Source: Eledone cirrhosa (taxonomy: Eukaryota). From it: a stretch of 64,000 nt of DNA. The notes beneath the pieces are model-generated. The model saw only the letters and a list, made by a program, of their open reading frames with translations, did no database searches and was not told the origin of the DNA. The translations under genes were made by a program, and so were the position numbers. The DNA lies in the NCBI GenBank assembly GCA_964016885.1, contig OZ024753.1, positions 26,412,001 to 26,476,000 on the forward strand. Reading direction: 5' to 3'. Each line of letters starts with the position of its first letter. The stretch's first letter is position 1. Shown piece by piece: positions 47,216 to 62,200 of the stretch.

Positions 47216-50200
47216 GGTGCCGTTACCTATGTTGGGAGGGTGCCGTTACCTATGTTGGGAGAGTGCCGTTACCTATGTTAGGAGGGTGCCGTTACCTATA
47301 TTGGGAGAGTGCCATTACCTATGTTGGGATGGTGCGGTTACCTATGTTGGGAGGGTGCCGTTCGCTATGTTAGGAGGGTGCCATTACCTATGTTGGAAGG
47401 GTGCCATTACCTATGTTAGGAGGGTGCCATTACCTATGTTGAGAGAGTGCCGTTACCTATGTTAGGAGGGTGCAGTTACCTATGTTGGGAGGGTGTCGTT
47501 ACCTATGTTAGGAAAGTACCGTTACCTATGTTGGGAGGGTGCCGTTACCTATGTTGGAAGAGTGCCATTACCTATGTTAAGAGGGTGCCGTTACCTATGT
47601 TGAGAGAGTGCCGTTACCTATGTTAGGAGGGTGCCGTTACCTATGTTAGGAGGGTGCCATTACCTATGTTGGAGGGGTGCCATTACCTCTGTTAGGAGGG
47701 TGACATTACCTTTGTTGAGAGAATGCCGTTACCTATGTTAGGATGCCGTTACCTATGTTAGGATGCCGTTACCTATGTTGGAAGGGTGCCGTTACCTATG
47801 TTGGGAGGGTGCCGTTACCTATGTTGGAAGAGTGCCATTACCTATGTTAGCAGGGTGCCATTACCTATGTTAGTAGGGTGCCGTTACCTATGTTAGGAGA
47901 GTGCCCTTACCTATGTTGGGAGGGTGCCGTTACCTATGTTGGGAGATTGCCGTTACCTATGTTGGGAGAGTGCCATTACCTATGTAGGGAGGGTGCCGTT
48001 ACCTATGTTAGGAGGGTGCCGTTACCTATGTTGGGAGAGTGCCAGTACCTATGTTAGGAGGGTGCCGTTACCTATGTTGAGAGAGTGCCAGTACCTATGT
48101 TGGGAGGGTGCCGTTACCTATGTTGGGAGAGTGCCGTTACCTATGTCGGGAGGGTGCCGTTACCTATGTTGGGAGAGTGGTGTTACCTATGTTGGGAGGG
48201 TGCCGTTACCTATGTTGGGAGAGTGCCATTACCTATGTTAAGAGGGTGCCGTTACCTATGTTGGGAGAGTGCCGTTACCTATGCTAGGAGGGTGCCTTTA
48301 CCTATGTTGGAAGGGTGCTGTTACCTATGTTAGGAGGGTCCTGTTACCTATGTTGGGAGGGTGCCATTACCTATGTTAGGAGGGTGCCATTTCCTATGTT
48401 GGAAGGGTGTCGTTACCTATGTTAGGAGGGTGCCGTTACCTATGTTAGGAGGGTGCCGTTACCTATGTTATGAGGGTACCGTTACCTATGTTAGGAGGGT
48501 ACCGTTATCTATGTTGGCAGGGTGCCGTTACCTATGTTAGGAGGGTGCCATTTCCTATGTTGGAAGGGTGTCGTTACCTATGTTAGGAGGGTGCTGTTAC
48601 CTATTATAGGAGAGTGCCGTTACCTATGTTGGGAGGGGGCCGTTATGTATGTTGGGAGATTGGCGTTACCTATGTTGGGAGAGTGCCGTTTCCTTAGTTG
48701 GGAGGGTGCCGTTACCTATGTTGGGAGAATGCCGTTACCTATGTTGGGAGGGTGCCGTTACCTATGTTAGGAGAGTGCAGTTACCTATGTTGGGAGAGCG
48801 TTGGAAGGGTGCCGTTACCTATGTTAGGAGGGTGCCGTTACCTATGTTGGGATGGTGTCGTTACTTAAGTTGGAAGGGTGCAGTTAACTATGTATTTTGT
48901 CGAATGTCGTTACGTATGCTGCGAGGGTTCCGTTACCTATGTTGGGAGAGCGCCTTTACCTATGTTAGGAGGGTGCCATTACCTATGTTGGAAGGGTGCC
49001 GTTACCTATGTTGGAAGGGTGCCGTTACCTATGTTTGGAGGGTGCCGTTACCTGTGTAGGGAGGGTGCCGTTACCTATGTTGGGAGAGTGCCATTACCTA
49101 TGTTGAGAGGGTGCCGTTAACTATGTTGGAAGGGTGCTATTACCTATCTCGGGAGGGTGCCGTTACCTATGTTAGGAGAGTGCCGTTACCTATGTTGGGA
49201 GGGTGCCGTTTCCTATGTTAGGAGGGTGCCGTTACATATGTTAGGAGAGTGCCATTACCTATGTTAGGAGGGTGCTATTACCTATGTTGGAAGGGAGCCA
49301 GTACCTATGTTAGGAGGGTGCCATAACCTACGTTAGGAGAGTGCCATTACCTATGTTAGGAGGATGCCGTTACTTATGTTGAGAGGGTGCCGTTACCTAA
49401 GTTGGGAGAGTGCTGTTACCTATGTTGTGAGGGTGCCGTTTCCTATGTTCGAAGGGTAGCGTTACCTATGTTGGGAGAGTGCGAGTACCTATGTTAGGAG
49501 AGTGCTATTACCTATGTTAGGAGGGTGACATTACCTATGTTAGGAGGGTGCTGTTACCTATGTTAGGAGGATGCCGTTACCTATGTTGGGAGCATGCCGT
49601 TACCTATGTTGGGAGAGTGCCATTACCTATGTAGGGAGGGGGTCGTTACCTATGTTAGGAGGGAGCCATTACCTATGTTGGAAGGGTGCCGTTACCGATG
49701 TTGGGAGGGTGCCGTTACCTATGTTGGGAGAGAGCCATTACTTATGTTAGGAGGGTGCCGTTACCTATGTTAGGAGGGTACCATTACTTATATTGGAAGC
49801 GTGCCATTACTTATGTTAGGAGGGTGCCATTACCTATGTTACGAGAGTGCCATTACCTATGTTAGGAGGGTGACATTACCTATGTTGGGAGGGTGCCGTT
49901 ACCTAAGTTCGGAGTGTGCTGTTACCTGTGTTGGGAGGGTGCATTTACCTATGTTGGGAGATTGCCGTTACCTATGTTGGGAGAGTGCCATTACCAATGT
50001 AGGGAGGGTGCCGTTACCTATGTTAGGAGGGTGCCGTTACCTATGTTGGGAGAGTGCCGTTACCTATGTTGGGAGAGTGCCTCTACCTATGTTGGGAGGG
50101 TGCCGTTACCTATGTTGGGAGAGTGCCGTTACCTATGTCGGGAGGGTGCCGTTACCTATGTTGGGAGATTGGCGTTACCTATGTTGGGAGGGTGCCGTTA

Positions 50201-53200
50201 CCTATGTTGGGAGAGTGCCGTTACCTATGTTGGGAGAGTGCTGGTACCTATGTTGGGCGGGTGCCGTTACCTATGTTGGAAGGTAGCCGTTACCTTTGTT
50301 AGGAGGGTGCTTTTACCTATGTTGCGAGGGTGCCGTTACCTATGTTAGGAGGGTGCCATTACCTATGTTAGGAGAGTGCCGTTACCTATGTTGGGAGAGT
50401 GTTGGAAGGGTGCCGTTACCTATGTTAGTAGGGTGCCGTTACCTATTATAGGAGAGTGTCGTTACCTATGTTGGGAGGGTGCCGTTACCTATGTTGGGAG
50501 GGTTCCGTTACCGATGTTCGGAGAGTGCCGTTACCTATTATAGGAGAGTGCCGTTACCTATGTTGGGAGGGTGCCATTACCTATGTTGGAGGGTGCCGTT
50601 ACCTATGTTAGGAGAGTGCCGTTACCTATGTTGGGAGAGTGTTGGAAGGGTGCCGTTACCTTTGTTGGGAGGGTGTCGTTACCTATGTTAGGACAGTGCC
50701 ATTATCAATGTTGGGAGGGTGCCGTTCCCTAAGTTGGGAGAGTGCGAGTACCCATGTTAGGAGAGTGCCATTACCTATGTTAGAAGGGTGCAATTACCTA
50801 TGTTGGGAGAGTGCCGTAACCTATGTTGGGAGAGTGCCATTACCTATGTTGGGGGGGGGGTCGTTACCTATGTTAGGAGGGAGCCATTACTTATGTTGGA
50901 AGGGTACCGTTACCGATGTTGGAAGGGTGCCGTTACCTATGTTGGGAGAGTGCCATTAGTTATGTTAGGAGGGTGCCGTTACCTATGTTAGGAGGGTGCC
51001 ATTACCTATGTTGGAAGGGTGCGATTACCTATGGTAGGAGGTTGCCATTACCTATGTTAGGAGAGTGCCATTACCTATGGTAGGAGGGTGCCGTTACCTA
51101 TGTTGGGAGGTCGCTGTTACCTATGTTGGGAGAGTGGCGTTACCTATGTTGGGAGGGTGCCGTTACCTAAGTTGGGAGAGTGCTGTTGCCTATGTTGGGA
51201 GTGTGCCGTTACCTATGTTGGAAGGGTGGCGTTAATTATGTTGGGAGAATGCGAGTACCTATGTTGGGAGAGTGCCGTTACCTATGTTGGGAGAGCGCCG
51301 TTACCTATGTTGGGAGAGTGGCGTTACCTATGTTGGGAGGGTGCAGTTACCTATGTTGGGAGAGTGCCATTATCTATGTTAGGAGGGTGCCGTTACCTAT
51401 CTTAGGAGGCTGCCATTACCTATGTAGGTAGGGTGCCGTTACCTTTGTTAGGAGGATGCCTTTACCTATGTTAGGAGAGTGCCGTTACCTATGTTGGGAG
51501 ATTGGCGTTACGTATGTTGGGAAAGTGCCATTACCTATGTTAGGAGGGTGCCGTTACCTATGTCTGGAGAGTGCCATTACCTATTTTAGGAGGGTGCCGT
51601 TACCTATGTTGGGACAGTGCCATTACCTATGTTGGGAGGGTGCCGTTACCTAAGTTGGGAGAGTGCTGTTACCTATGTTGTGAGGGTGCCGTTACATATG
51701 TTGGAAGGGTGGCGTTACCTATGTTGGGAGAGTGCGTGTACCTATGTTAGGAGAGTGCCATTACCTATGTTAGGAGGGTGCCATTACCTATGTTAGGAGA
51801 GTGCCATTACCTACGTTAGGAGGGTGCCGTTACCTATGTTGGGAGAGTGCAGTTACGTATGTTGGGAGTGTGCCGTTACCTATGTTGGAAGGGTGGCGTT
51901 ACTTATGTCGGGAGAGTGCGAGTACCTATGTTGGGACGGCGCCGTTACCTATGTTGGGAGAGTGCCGTTACCTATGTTGGGAGGGTGCCGTTACCTATGT
52001 TGGGAGATTGCCGTTACGTATGTTGGGAGAGTGCCATTACCTATGTTAGGAGGGTGCCGTTACCAATGTTAGGGGCGTGCCGTTACCTATGTTGGGAGGG
52101 TGCCGTTATCTATGTTGGGAGAGTGCCATTACCTATGGTAGGAGGGTGCCGTTACGTATGTTGGGAGGGTGCTTTTACCTATGTTAGGAGGGTGCCGATA
52201 CCTATGTTGGGAGAGTGCCATTACCTATGTTGGAGGGTGCCGTTACCTATGTTAGGTGAGTGCCAGTACCTATGTTGGGAGGGGGCCGTTACCTATGTAG
52301 GGAGACTGGCGTTACCTATGTTGGGAGGGTGCCATTACCTATGTTGGGAGAGTGCCATTACCTATGTAAGTATTTTACCGTTACCTATGTTAGGAGGGTG
52401 CCATTACCTCAGTTGGGAGAGTGCTGTTACCTATGTTGTGAGGGTGCCGTTACCTATGTTGGAAGGGTGGCGTTACCTATTTTGGGAGAGTGCCATTACC
52501 TATGTAAGGAGGTTGCCGTTACCTATGTTGGGAGGCTGCCATTATCTATGTTAGGAGGGTGCCGTGACCTATGTTAGGAGGGTGCCATTACCTATATTAG
52601 GAGAGTACCGTTACCTATGTTGAGAGGCTGCCGTTACCTATGTAGGGAGAGTGGCGTTACCTATGTTGGGAGGGTGCCATTACCTATGTTGGGAGAGTGC
52701 CATTACCTATGTAAGGAGGTTGCATTACCTATGTTGGGAGGGTGCCATTATCTATGTTAGGAGGGTGACGTTACCTATGTTAGGAGGGTGCCATTACCTA
52801 TGAAGGAAGGGTGCCGTTACCTATGTTAGGAGGGTGCCTTTACCTATGTTAGGAGAGTGCCGTTACCTATGTTGGGAGGGTGCCGTTACCTATGTTAGGA
52901 GGGTGCCGTTACCTATGTTGGGAGGGTGCTGTTACCTATGTTGAGAGAATGCCATTACCTATGTTAGGAGTGTGCCGTTACCTATGTTGCGAGAGTGTTG
53001 GAAGGGTGCCGTTACCTATATTAGGAGGGTGCCGTTACCTATGTTGGGAGGGTGCCGTTACCTATGTTGGCAGAATGCCATTACCTATGTTAGGAGGGTG
53101 CCTTTACCTATGTTGGAAGTGTGCCGTTACCTATGTTAGGAGGGTGCCGTTACCTATGTTGGGAGGGTGCCTTTACCTATAATGGAAGGGTGCCGTTACC

Positions 53201-56200
53201 TATGTTAGGAGGGTGCCGTTACCTATGTTAGTAGGGTGTCATTACTAATGTTAGGAGGGTGCCATTACCTATGTTGGAAGTGTGCTGTTACCTATGTTAA
53301 GCGGGTGCGGTTACCTATGTTGGGAGGGTGCTGTTACCTATGTTGGGCGAGTGCCATTACCTATGTTAGGAGGGTGCGTTACCTATGTTAGGAGGGTGCC
53401 GTTACCTATGTTGGGAGAGTGCCATTACCTATGTTGTGAGCGTGCCTTACCTATGTTGGGTGAGTGCCATTTCCTATGTTAAGAGGGTACCGTTACCTAT
53501 ATTAGGAGGGTGCCATTACCTATGTTGGAAGAGTGCCATTACCTATGGTGGGAGGGTGCCATTACCTATATTGAGAGAGTGCCGTTACCTATGTTAGGAG
53601 AGTGCCGTTACCTATGTTGGGAGGGTGGTGCTACCTATGTTGGGAGGGTGGTGCTACCTATGTTGGGAGAGTGCCGTTACCTATGTTAGGAGTGTGCCGT
53701 TACCTATGTTGGGAGAGTCTTGGAAGCGTGCCGTTACCTATGTTGGGAGGGTGTCGTGACCTATGTTGGGACAGTGCCATTACCTATGTTGGAAGGGTGC
53801 AGTTACCTATGTTAGAAGAATGTCGTTACGTATGTTGGGAGGGTTCCTTTACCTATGTTGGGAGAGCGCCATCACCTATGTTAGGAGGGTCCCATTACCT
53901 ATGTTGGAAGGGTGTCGTTACCTTTGTTGGAAGGGTGCCGTTACCTCTGTTTGGGGGTGCCGTTACCTATGTTGTAAGGGTGCTATTACCTATGTTGGGA
54001 GGGTGCCGTTACCTATGTTAGGAGAGTGCCGTTACCTATGTTCGGAGGGTGGTGCTACCTATGTTGGGAGGGTGGTGCTACCTATGTTGGGAGAGTGCCG
54101 TTAACTATGTTAGGAGAGTGACGTTACCTATATTGGGAGAGTGCCGTTACCTATGTAAGCAGGGTGCCGTTACCTATGTTAGAAAGGTGCCGCTACCTAT
54201 GTTAGGAGAGTGCCATTACCTATGTTAGGAGGGTGCCATTACTTATGTTGGAAGGGTGCCATTACCTATGTTAGGAGGGTGCCATTACCTAAGTTATGAG
54301 AGTGCCATTACCTATGTTAGGAGGGTGTCGTTTCCTATGTTGGGAGGGTGCTGTTACCTAAGTTGGGAGAGTGCTGTTACCTATGTTGGGAGGGTGGCGT
54401 TAGCTATTTTGGAAGGGTGGCGTTACCTATGTTGGGAGAGTGCGAGTACCTATGTTATGAGAGTGTCATTACCTATGTTAGGAGGGTTCCATTACCTATT
54501 TTAGGAGGGTGCCATTACCTATGTTGGAAGAGTGCGGTTACCTATGTTAGGAGGGTGCCGTTACATATGTTGGGAGGGTGGCGTTACCTATGTTGAGAGA
54601 GTGCGAGTACCTATGTTGGGAGGGTGCCGTTACCTATGTTGGGAGAGTGCCGTTACCTCTGTTACGAGGGTGCCGTTACCTGTTAGGAGGGTGCCTTTAC
54701 CTATGTTAGGAGGGTGCCATTACCTATGTTAGAAGGGTGCCGTTACCTATGTTAGGAAGGTGCCGTTACCTATGTTAGGAGGGTGCCGTTATCTATGTTG
54801 GGAGGGTGCCGTTACCTATGTTAGGAGTGTGCCATTACCTATGTTGGAAGGGTGCCGTTACCTATGTTAGGAAGGTGCCTTTACCTATGTTAGGAGAGTG
54901 CCGTTACCTATGTTGGGAGAATGCCATTACCTATGTTAGGAGGGTGCCATTACCTATGTTGCAGGGTTCCGTTACCTATGTTAGGAGTGTGCTGTTACCT
55001 ATGTTAGGGGAGTGCCGTTATCTATGTTGAGAGGGTGCCGTTACCTATGTTTGGAGGGTGCCGTTACCTCTGTTAGGAGTGTGCTGTTACCTATGTTAGG
55101 AGAGTGCCGTTATCTATGTTGAGAGGATGCCGTTACCTATGTTGGGAGAGTTCCGTTACCTATGTTGGGAGAGTGCCGTTACGGATGTTAGGAGGGTGCC
55201 GTTACCTATCTTAGGAGGGTGCCGTTACCTATGTTAGGAGAGTGCCGTTACCTATGTTGGGAGGGTGCCGTTACCTATTTTGGGAGGGTGTCGCTACCTA
55301 TGTTGGAAGTGAGCCATTACCTATGTTGGAAGGGTGCCGTTACCTATGTTAGGAGGGTGCCGTTACCTATGTTAGGAGAGTGCCGTTACCTATGTTGGGA
55401 GAGTGACGTTACCTATGCTGGGAGAGTGCCGTTACCTATGTTGGGAGGGTGCCGTTAACTATGTTGGGAGAGTGCCATCACCTATGTTAGGAGGGTGCCG
55501 TTACCTATGTTGGGAGGGTGCCGTTACCTATGTTGCGAGAGTGCCATTACTTATCTTAGGAGGGTGCCGTTACCTATGTTGGGAGAGTGTTGGAAGGGTG
55601 CCGTTACCTGTGTTGGGAAGGTGTCGTTACCTATGTTGGGATTGTGCCATTACCTATGTTGGGAGGGTGCAGTTACGTATGTTGGGAGGGTGCCGTTACC
55701 GTTGTTGAGAGAGTGCCAATACCTATGTTGAGAGGGTTCCGTTACCTATATTAGTAGGGTGTCATTACCAATGTTAGGAGGGTGCCATTACCTATGTTGG
55801 AAGTGTGCTGTTACCTATGTTAAGCGGGTGCCATTACCTATGTTGGGAGGGTGCTGTCACCTATGTTGGGAGAGTGCCATTACCTATGTTAGGAGGGTGC
55901 GTTACCTATGGTAGGAGGGTGCCGTTACGTATGTTGGGAGGGTGCTTTTACCTATGTTAGGAGGGTGCCGATACCTATGTTAGGAGTGTGCTGTTACCTA
56001 TGTTGGGAGAGTGTTGGAAGCGTGCCGTTACCTATGTTGGGAGGGTGTCGTTACCTATGTTGGGACAGTTCCATTACCTATGTTGGAAGGGTGCAGTTAC
56101 CTATGTTAGAAGAATGTCGTTACGTATGTTGGGAGGGTTCCCTTACCTATGTTGGGAGAGCGCCATCACCTATGTTGGGAGGGTGCCGTTACCTATGTTG

Positions 56201-59200
56201 TAAGGGTGCTATTACCTATGTTGGGAGGGTGCCGTTACCTATGTTAGGAGAGTGCCGTTACCTATGTTGGGAGGGTGGTGCTACCTATGTTGGGAGAGGG
56301 CCGTTACCTATGTTAGGAGAGTGCTGTTACCTATGTTGGCAGGGTGCCGTTACCTATATTGGGAGAGTGCCGTTACCTATGTTAGCAGGGTGCCGTTACC
56401 TATGTTAGGAAGGTGCCGCTTCCTATGTTAGGAGAGTGCCATTACCTATGTTAGGAGGGTGCCATTACCTAAGTTAGGAAAGTGCCATTACCTATGTTAG
56501 GAGGGTGCCGTTTCCTATGTTGGGAGGGTGCCGTTACCTAAGTTGGGAGAGTGCTGTTACCTATGTTGGGAGGGTGCCGTTACCTATGTTGGAAGGGTGG
56601 CGTTACCTATGTTGGGAGAGTGCGAGTACCTATGTTAGGAGAGTCCCATTACCTATGTTAGGAGGGTGCCATTACCTATGTTGGAACAGTGCGGTTACCT
56701 ATGTTAGGAGGGTGCCGTTACATATGTTGGGGGGGTGGCGTTACCTATGTTGGGAGAGTGCGAGTCCCTATGTTGGGAGGGTGCCGTTACCTATGTTGGG
56801 AGAGTGCCGTTACCTATGTTAGGAGGGTGCCGTTACCTGTTAGGAGGGTGCCTTTACCTATGTTAGGAGGGTGCCATTACCTATGTTTGAAGGGTGCCGT
56901 TACCTATGTTAGGAAGATGCCGTTACCTATGTTAGGAGGGTGCCGTTATCTATGTTGGGAGGGTGACATTACCTATTTTAGGAGGGTGCCATTACCTATG
57001 TTGGGAGAGTGCGAGTACCTATGTTAGGAGGCTGCCGTTACCTATTTTGGGAGAGTGCCATTACCTATGTTAGGAGGGTGCCATTACCTATGTTAGGAGG
57101 GTGCCATTACCTATGTTGGAAGGGTGCCTTTACCTATGTTGGAAGGGTGACGTTACCTATGTTAGGAGGGTGCCTTTACCTATGTTAGGAGAGTACCATT
57201 ACCTATGTTGGGAGGGTGCCGTTACCTATGATGGGAGAGTGCCGTTACCGATGTTGGGAGGGTGCCGTTACCTATTTGGGAGAGTGCCATCACCTAAGTT
57301 AGGAGGGTGCCGTTACCTATGTTAAGAGGGTACCTTTGATTATGTTGGAAGGGTGGAGTTACCTATGTTAGGAGGGTGCCATTACCTATGTTGGAAGGGT
57401 GCCGTTACCTATGTTAGGAGGGTGCCGTTACCTATGTTTGGAGGGTGCCGTTATCTATGTTGGGAGAGTGCCATTACCCATGTTAGGAGGGTGTCGTTAC
57501 CTATAATGGGATAGTGCCATTACCTATGTTGGGAGGGTGTCGTTACCTATGTTAGGAGGGTGCCATTACCTATGTTGGAAGGGTGCCGTTACTTATGTTA
57601 GGAGAGTGCCGTTACGTATGTTGGGAGGGTGCTGTTACCGTTGTGGGAAGAGTGCAAATACCTATGTTGGGAGGGTTCCGTTACCTTTGTTGGAAGGGTG
57701 CCGTTACCTATGTTAGGAGGGTGCCGTTACTTATCTTGGGAGGGTGCCGTTACCTATGTTATGAGGGTGCCGTTACTTATGTTGGGAGAGTGTCGTTACC
57801 TATGTTGGGAGAGTGCCGTTACCTATGTTAGGAGGGTGCCGTTACCCATGTTAGGAGAGTGCCATTACCTATCTTGGGAGTGTGACGATACCTATGATGG
57901 GAGAGTGCCGTTCCCGATGTTGGGAGGGTGCCGTTACCTATTTGGGAGAGTGCCATCACCTATGTTAGGAGGGTGCCGTTACCTATATTAGGAGGGTACC
58001 TTTAATTATGTTGGATGGGTGCCGTTACCTATGTTGGGAGGGTGCCGTTACCTATGCTTGGAGAGTGCCGTTACCTATGTTGCGAGGGAGCCGTTACCTA
58101 TGTTAGGAGGGTACCTTTCATTATGTTGGAAGGATGCCGTTACCTATGTTAGGAGAGTGCCATTACCTATGTTAGAAGGGTGCCATTACCTATGTTGGAA
58201 GGGTGCCTTACCTAGGTTAGGAGGGTGCCATTACCTATGTTAGGAGAGTGCCATTACCTATGTTAGGAGGGTGCCGTTACCTATGTTTGGAGGGTGTCGT
58301 TACCTAAGTTGGGAGAGTGCTGTTACCTATGTTGGGAGAGTGCCGTTACTTATGTTGGAAGGGTGGCGTTTCCTATGTTGGGAGAGTGCGAGTACCTATG
58401 TTAGGAGAGTGCCATTACCTATGTTAGGAGGGTGCCATTACCTATGTTAGGAGGGTGCCATTACCTACGTTGGAAGGGTGCCGTTACCTATGGTGGGAGA
58501 GTGCCATTACCTATGTTGGGAGGTGGGTCGTTACCTATGTTAGGAGGGAGCCATTACCTATTTTGGAAGGGTGCCGTTACCTAAGTTGGGAGAGTGCTGT
58601 TACCTATGTTGGGAGGGTGACGTTACCTATGTTGGAAGGGTGGCGTGACCTATGTTGGGAGGGTGCCGTTACCTATGGTGGGAGAGTGCCGTTACCTATG
58701 TTGGGAGGGCGCCGTTACCTATGTTGGGAGAGTGGCGTTTCCTATGTTGGAGGGTGCCGTTCCCTATGTTGGGAGAGTCTTGGAAGCGTGCCGTTACCTA
58801 TGTTGGGAGGGTGTCGTGACCTATGTTGGGACAGTGCCATTACCTATGTTGGAAGGGTGCAGTTACCTATGTTAGAAGAATGTCGTTACGTATGTTGGGA
58901 GGGTTCCTTTACCTATGTTGGGAGAGCGCCATCACCTATGTTAGGAGGGTCCCATTACCTATGTTGGAAGGGTGTCGTTACCTTTGTTGGAAGGGTGCCG
59001 TTACCTCTGTTTGGGGGTGCCGTTACCTATGTTGTAAGGGTGCTATTACCTATGTTGGGAGGGTGCCGTTACCTATGTTAGGAGAGTGCCGTTACCTATG
59101 TTCGGAGGGTGGTGCTACCTATGTTGGGAGGGTGGTGCTACCTATGTTGGGAGAGTGCCGTTAACTATGTTAGGAGAGTGACGTTACCTATATTGGGAGA

Positions 59201-62200
59201 GTGCCGTTACCTATGTAAGCAGGGTGCCGTTACCTATGTTAGAAAGGTGCCGCTACCTATGTTAGGAGAGTGCCATTACCTATGTTAGGAGGGTGCCATT
59301 ACTTATGTTGGAAGGGTGCCATTACCTATGTTAGGAGGGTGCCATTACCTAAGTTATGAGAGTGCCATTACCTATGTTAGGAGGGTGTCGTTTCCTATGT
59401 TGGGAGGGTGCTGTTACCTAAGTTGGGAGAGTGCTGTTACCTATGTTGGGAGGGTGGCGTTAGCTATTTTGGAAGGGTGGCGTTACCTATGTTGGGAGAG
59501 TGCGAGTACCTATGTTATGAGAGTGTCATTACCTATGTTAGGAGGGTTCCATTACCTATTTTAGGAGGGTGCCATTACCTATGTTGGAAGAGTGCGGTTA
59601 CCTATGTTAGGTGGGTGCCGTTACATATGTTGGGAGGGTGGCGTTACCTATGTTGAGAGAGTGCGAGTACCTATGTTGGGAGGGTGCCGTTACCTATGTT
59701 GGGAGAGTGCCGTTACCTCTGTTACGAGGGTGCCGTTACCTGTTAGGAGGGTGCCTTTACCTATGTTAGGAGGGTGCCATTACCTATGTTAGAAGGGTGC
59801 CGTTACCTATGTTAGGAAGGTGCCGTTACCTATGTTAGGAGGGTGCCGTTATCTATGTTGGGAGGGTGCCGTTACCTATGTTAGGAGTGTGCCATTACCT
59901 ATGTTGGAAGGGTGCCGTTACCTATGTTAGGAAGGTGCCTTTACCTATGTTAGGAGAGTGCCGTTACCTATGTTGGGAGAATGCCATTACCTATGTTAGG
60001 AGGGTGCCATTACCTATGTTGCAGGGTTCCGTTACCTATGTTAGGAGTGTGCTGTTACCTATGTTAGGGGAGTGCCGTTATCTATGTTGAGAGGGTGCCG
60101 TTACCTATGTTTGGAGGGTGCCGTTACCTCTGTTAGGAGTGTGCTGTTACCTATGTTAGGAGAGTGCCGTTATCTATGTTGAGAGGATGCCGTTACCTAT
60201 GTTGGGAGAGTTCCGTTACCTATGTTGGGAGAGTGCCGTTACGGATGTTAGGAGGGTGCCGTTACCTATCTTAGGAGGGTGCCGTTACCTATGTTAGGAG
60301 AGTGCCGTTACCTATGTTGGGAGGGTGCCGTTACCTATTTTGGGAGGGTGTCGCTACCTATGTTGGAAGTGAGCCATTACCTATGTTGGAAGGGTGCCGT
60401 TACCTATGTTAGGAGGGTGCCGTTACCTATGTTAGGAGAGTGCCGTTACCTATGTTGGGAGAGTGACGTTACCTATGCTGGGAGAGTGCCGTTACCTATG
60501 TTGGGAGGGTGCCGTTAACTATGTTGGGAGAGTGCCATCACCTATGTTAGGAGGGTGCCGTTACCTATGTTGGGAGGGTGCCGTTACCTATGTTGCGAGA
60601 GTGCCATTACTTATCTTAGGAGGGTGCCGTTACCTATGTTGGGAGAGTGTTGGAAGGGTGCCGTTACCTGTGTTGGGAAGGTGTCGTTACCTATGTTGGG
60701 ATTGTGCCATTACCTATGTTGGGAGGGTGCAGTTACGTATGTTGGGAGGGTGCCGTTACCGTTGTTGAGAGAGTGCCAATACCTATGTTGAGAGGGTTCC
60801 GTTACCTATATTAGTAGGGTGTCATTACCAATGTTAGGAGGGTGCCATTACCTATGTTGGAAGTGTGCTGTTACCTATGTTAAGCGGGTGCCATTACCTA
60901 TGTTGGGAGGGTGCTGTCACCTATGTTGGGAGAGTGCCATTACCTATGTTAGGAGGGTGCGTTACCTATGGTAGGAGGGTGCCGTTACGTATGTTGGGAG
61001 GGTGCTTTTACCTATGTTAGGAGGGTGCCGATACCTATGTTAGGAGTGTGCTGTTACCTATGTTGGGAGAGTGTTGGAAGCGTGCCGTTACCTATGTTGG
61101 GAGGGTGTCGTTACCTATGTTGGGACAGTTCCATTACCTATGTTGGAAGGGTGCAGTTACCTATGTTAGAAGAATGTCGTTACGTATGTTGGGAGGGTTC
61201 CCTTACCTATGTTGGGAGAGCGCCATCACCTATGTTGGGAGGGTGCCGTTACCTATGTTGTAAGGGTGCTATTACCTATGTTGGGAGGGTGCCGTTACCT
61301 ATGTTAGGAGAGTGCCGTTACCTATGTTGGGAGGGTGGTGCTACCTATGTTGGGAGAGGGCCGTTACCTATGTTAGGAGAGTGCTGTTACCTATGTTGGC
61401 AGGGTGCCGTTACCTATATTGGGAGAGTGCCGTTACCTATGTTAGCAGGGTGCCGTTACCTATGTTAGGAAGGTGCCGCTTCCTATGTTAGGCGAGTGCC
61501 ATTACCTATGTTAGGAGGGTGCCATTACCTAAGTTAGGAAAGTGCCATTACCTATGTTAGGAGGGTGCCGTTTCCTATGTTGGGAGGGTGCCGTTACCTA
61601 AGTTGGGAGAGTGCTGTTACCTATGTTGGGAGGGTGCCGTTACCTATGTTGGAAGGGTGGCGTTACCTATGTTGGGAGAGTGCGAGTACCTATGTTAGGA
61701 GAGTCCCATTACCTATGTTAGGAGGGTGCCATTACCTATGTTGGAACAGTGCGGTTACCTATGTTAGGAGGGTGCCGTTACATATGTTGGGGGGGTGGCG
61801 TTACCTATGTTGGGAGAGTGCGAGTCCCTATGTTGGGAGGGTGCCGTTACCTATGTTGGGAGAGTGCCGTTACCTATGTTAGGAGGGTGCCGTTACCTGT
61901 TAGGAGGGTGCCTTTACCTATGTTAGGAGGGTGCCATTACCTATGTTTGAAGGGTGCCGTTACCTATGTTAGGAAGATGCCGTTACCTATGTTAGGAGGG
62001 TGCCGTTATCTATGTTGGGAGGGTGACATTACCTATTTTAGGAGGGTGCCATTACCTATGTTGGGAGAGTGCGAGTACCTATGTTAGGAGGCTGCCGTTA
62101 CCTATTTTGGGAGAGTGCCATTACCTATGTTAGGAGGGTGCCATTACCTATGTTAGGAGGGTGCCATTACCTATGTTGGAAGGGTGCCTTTACCTATGTT

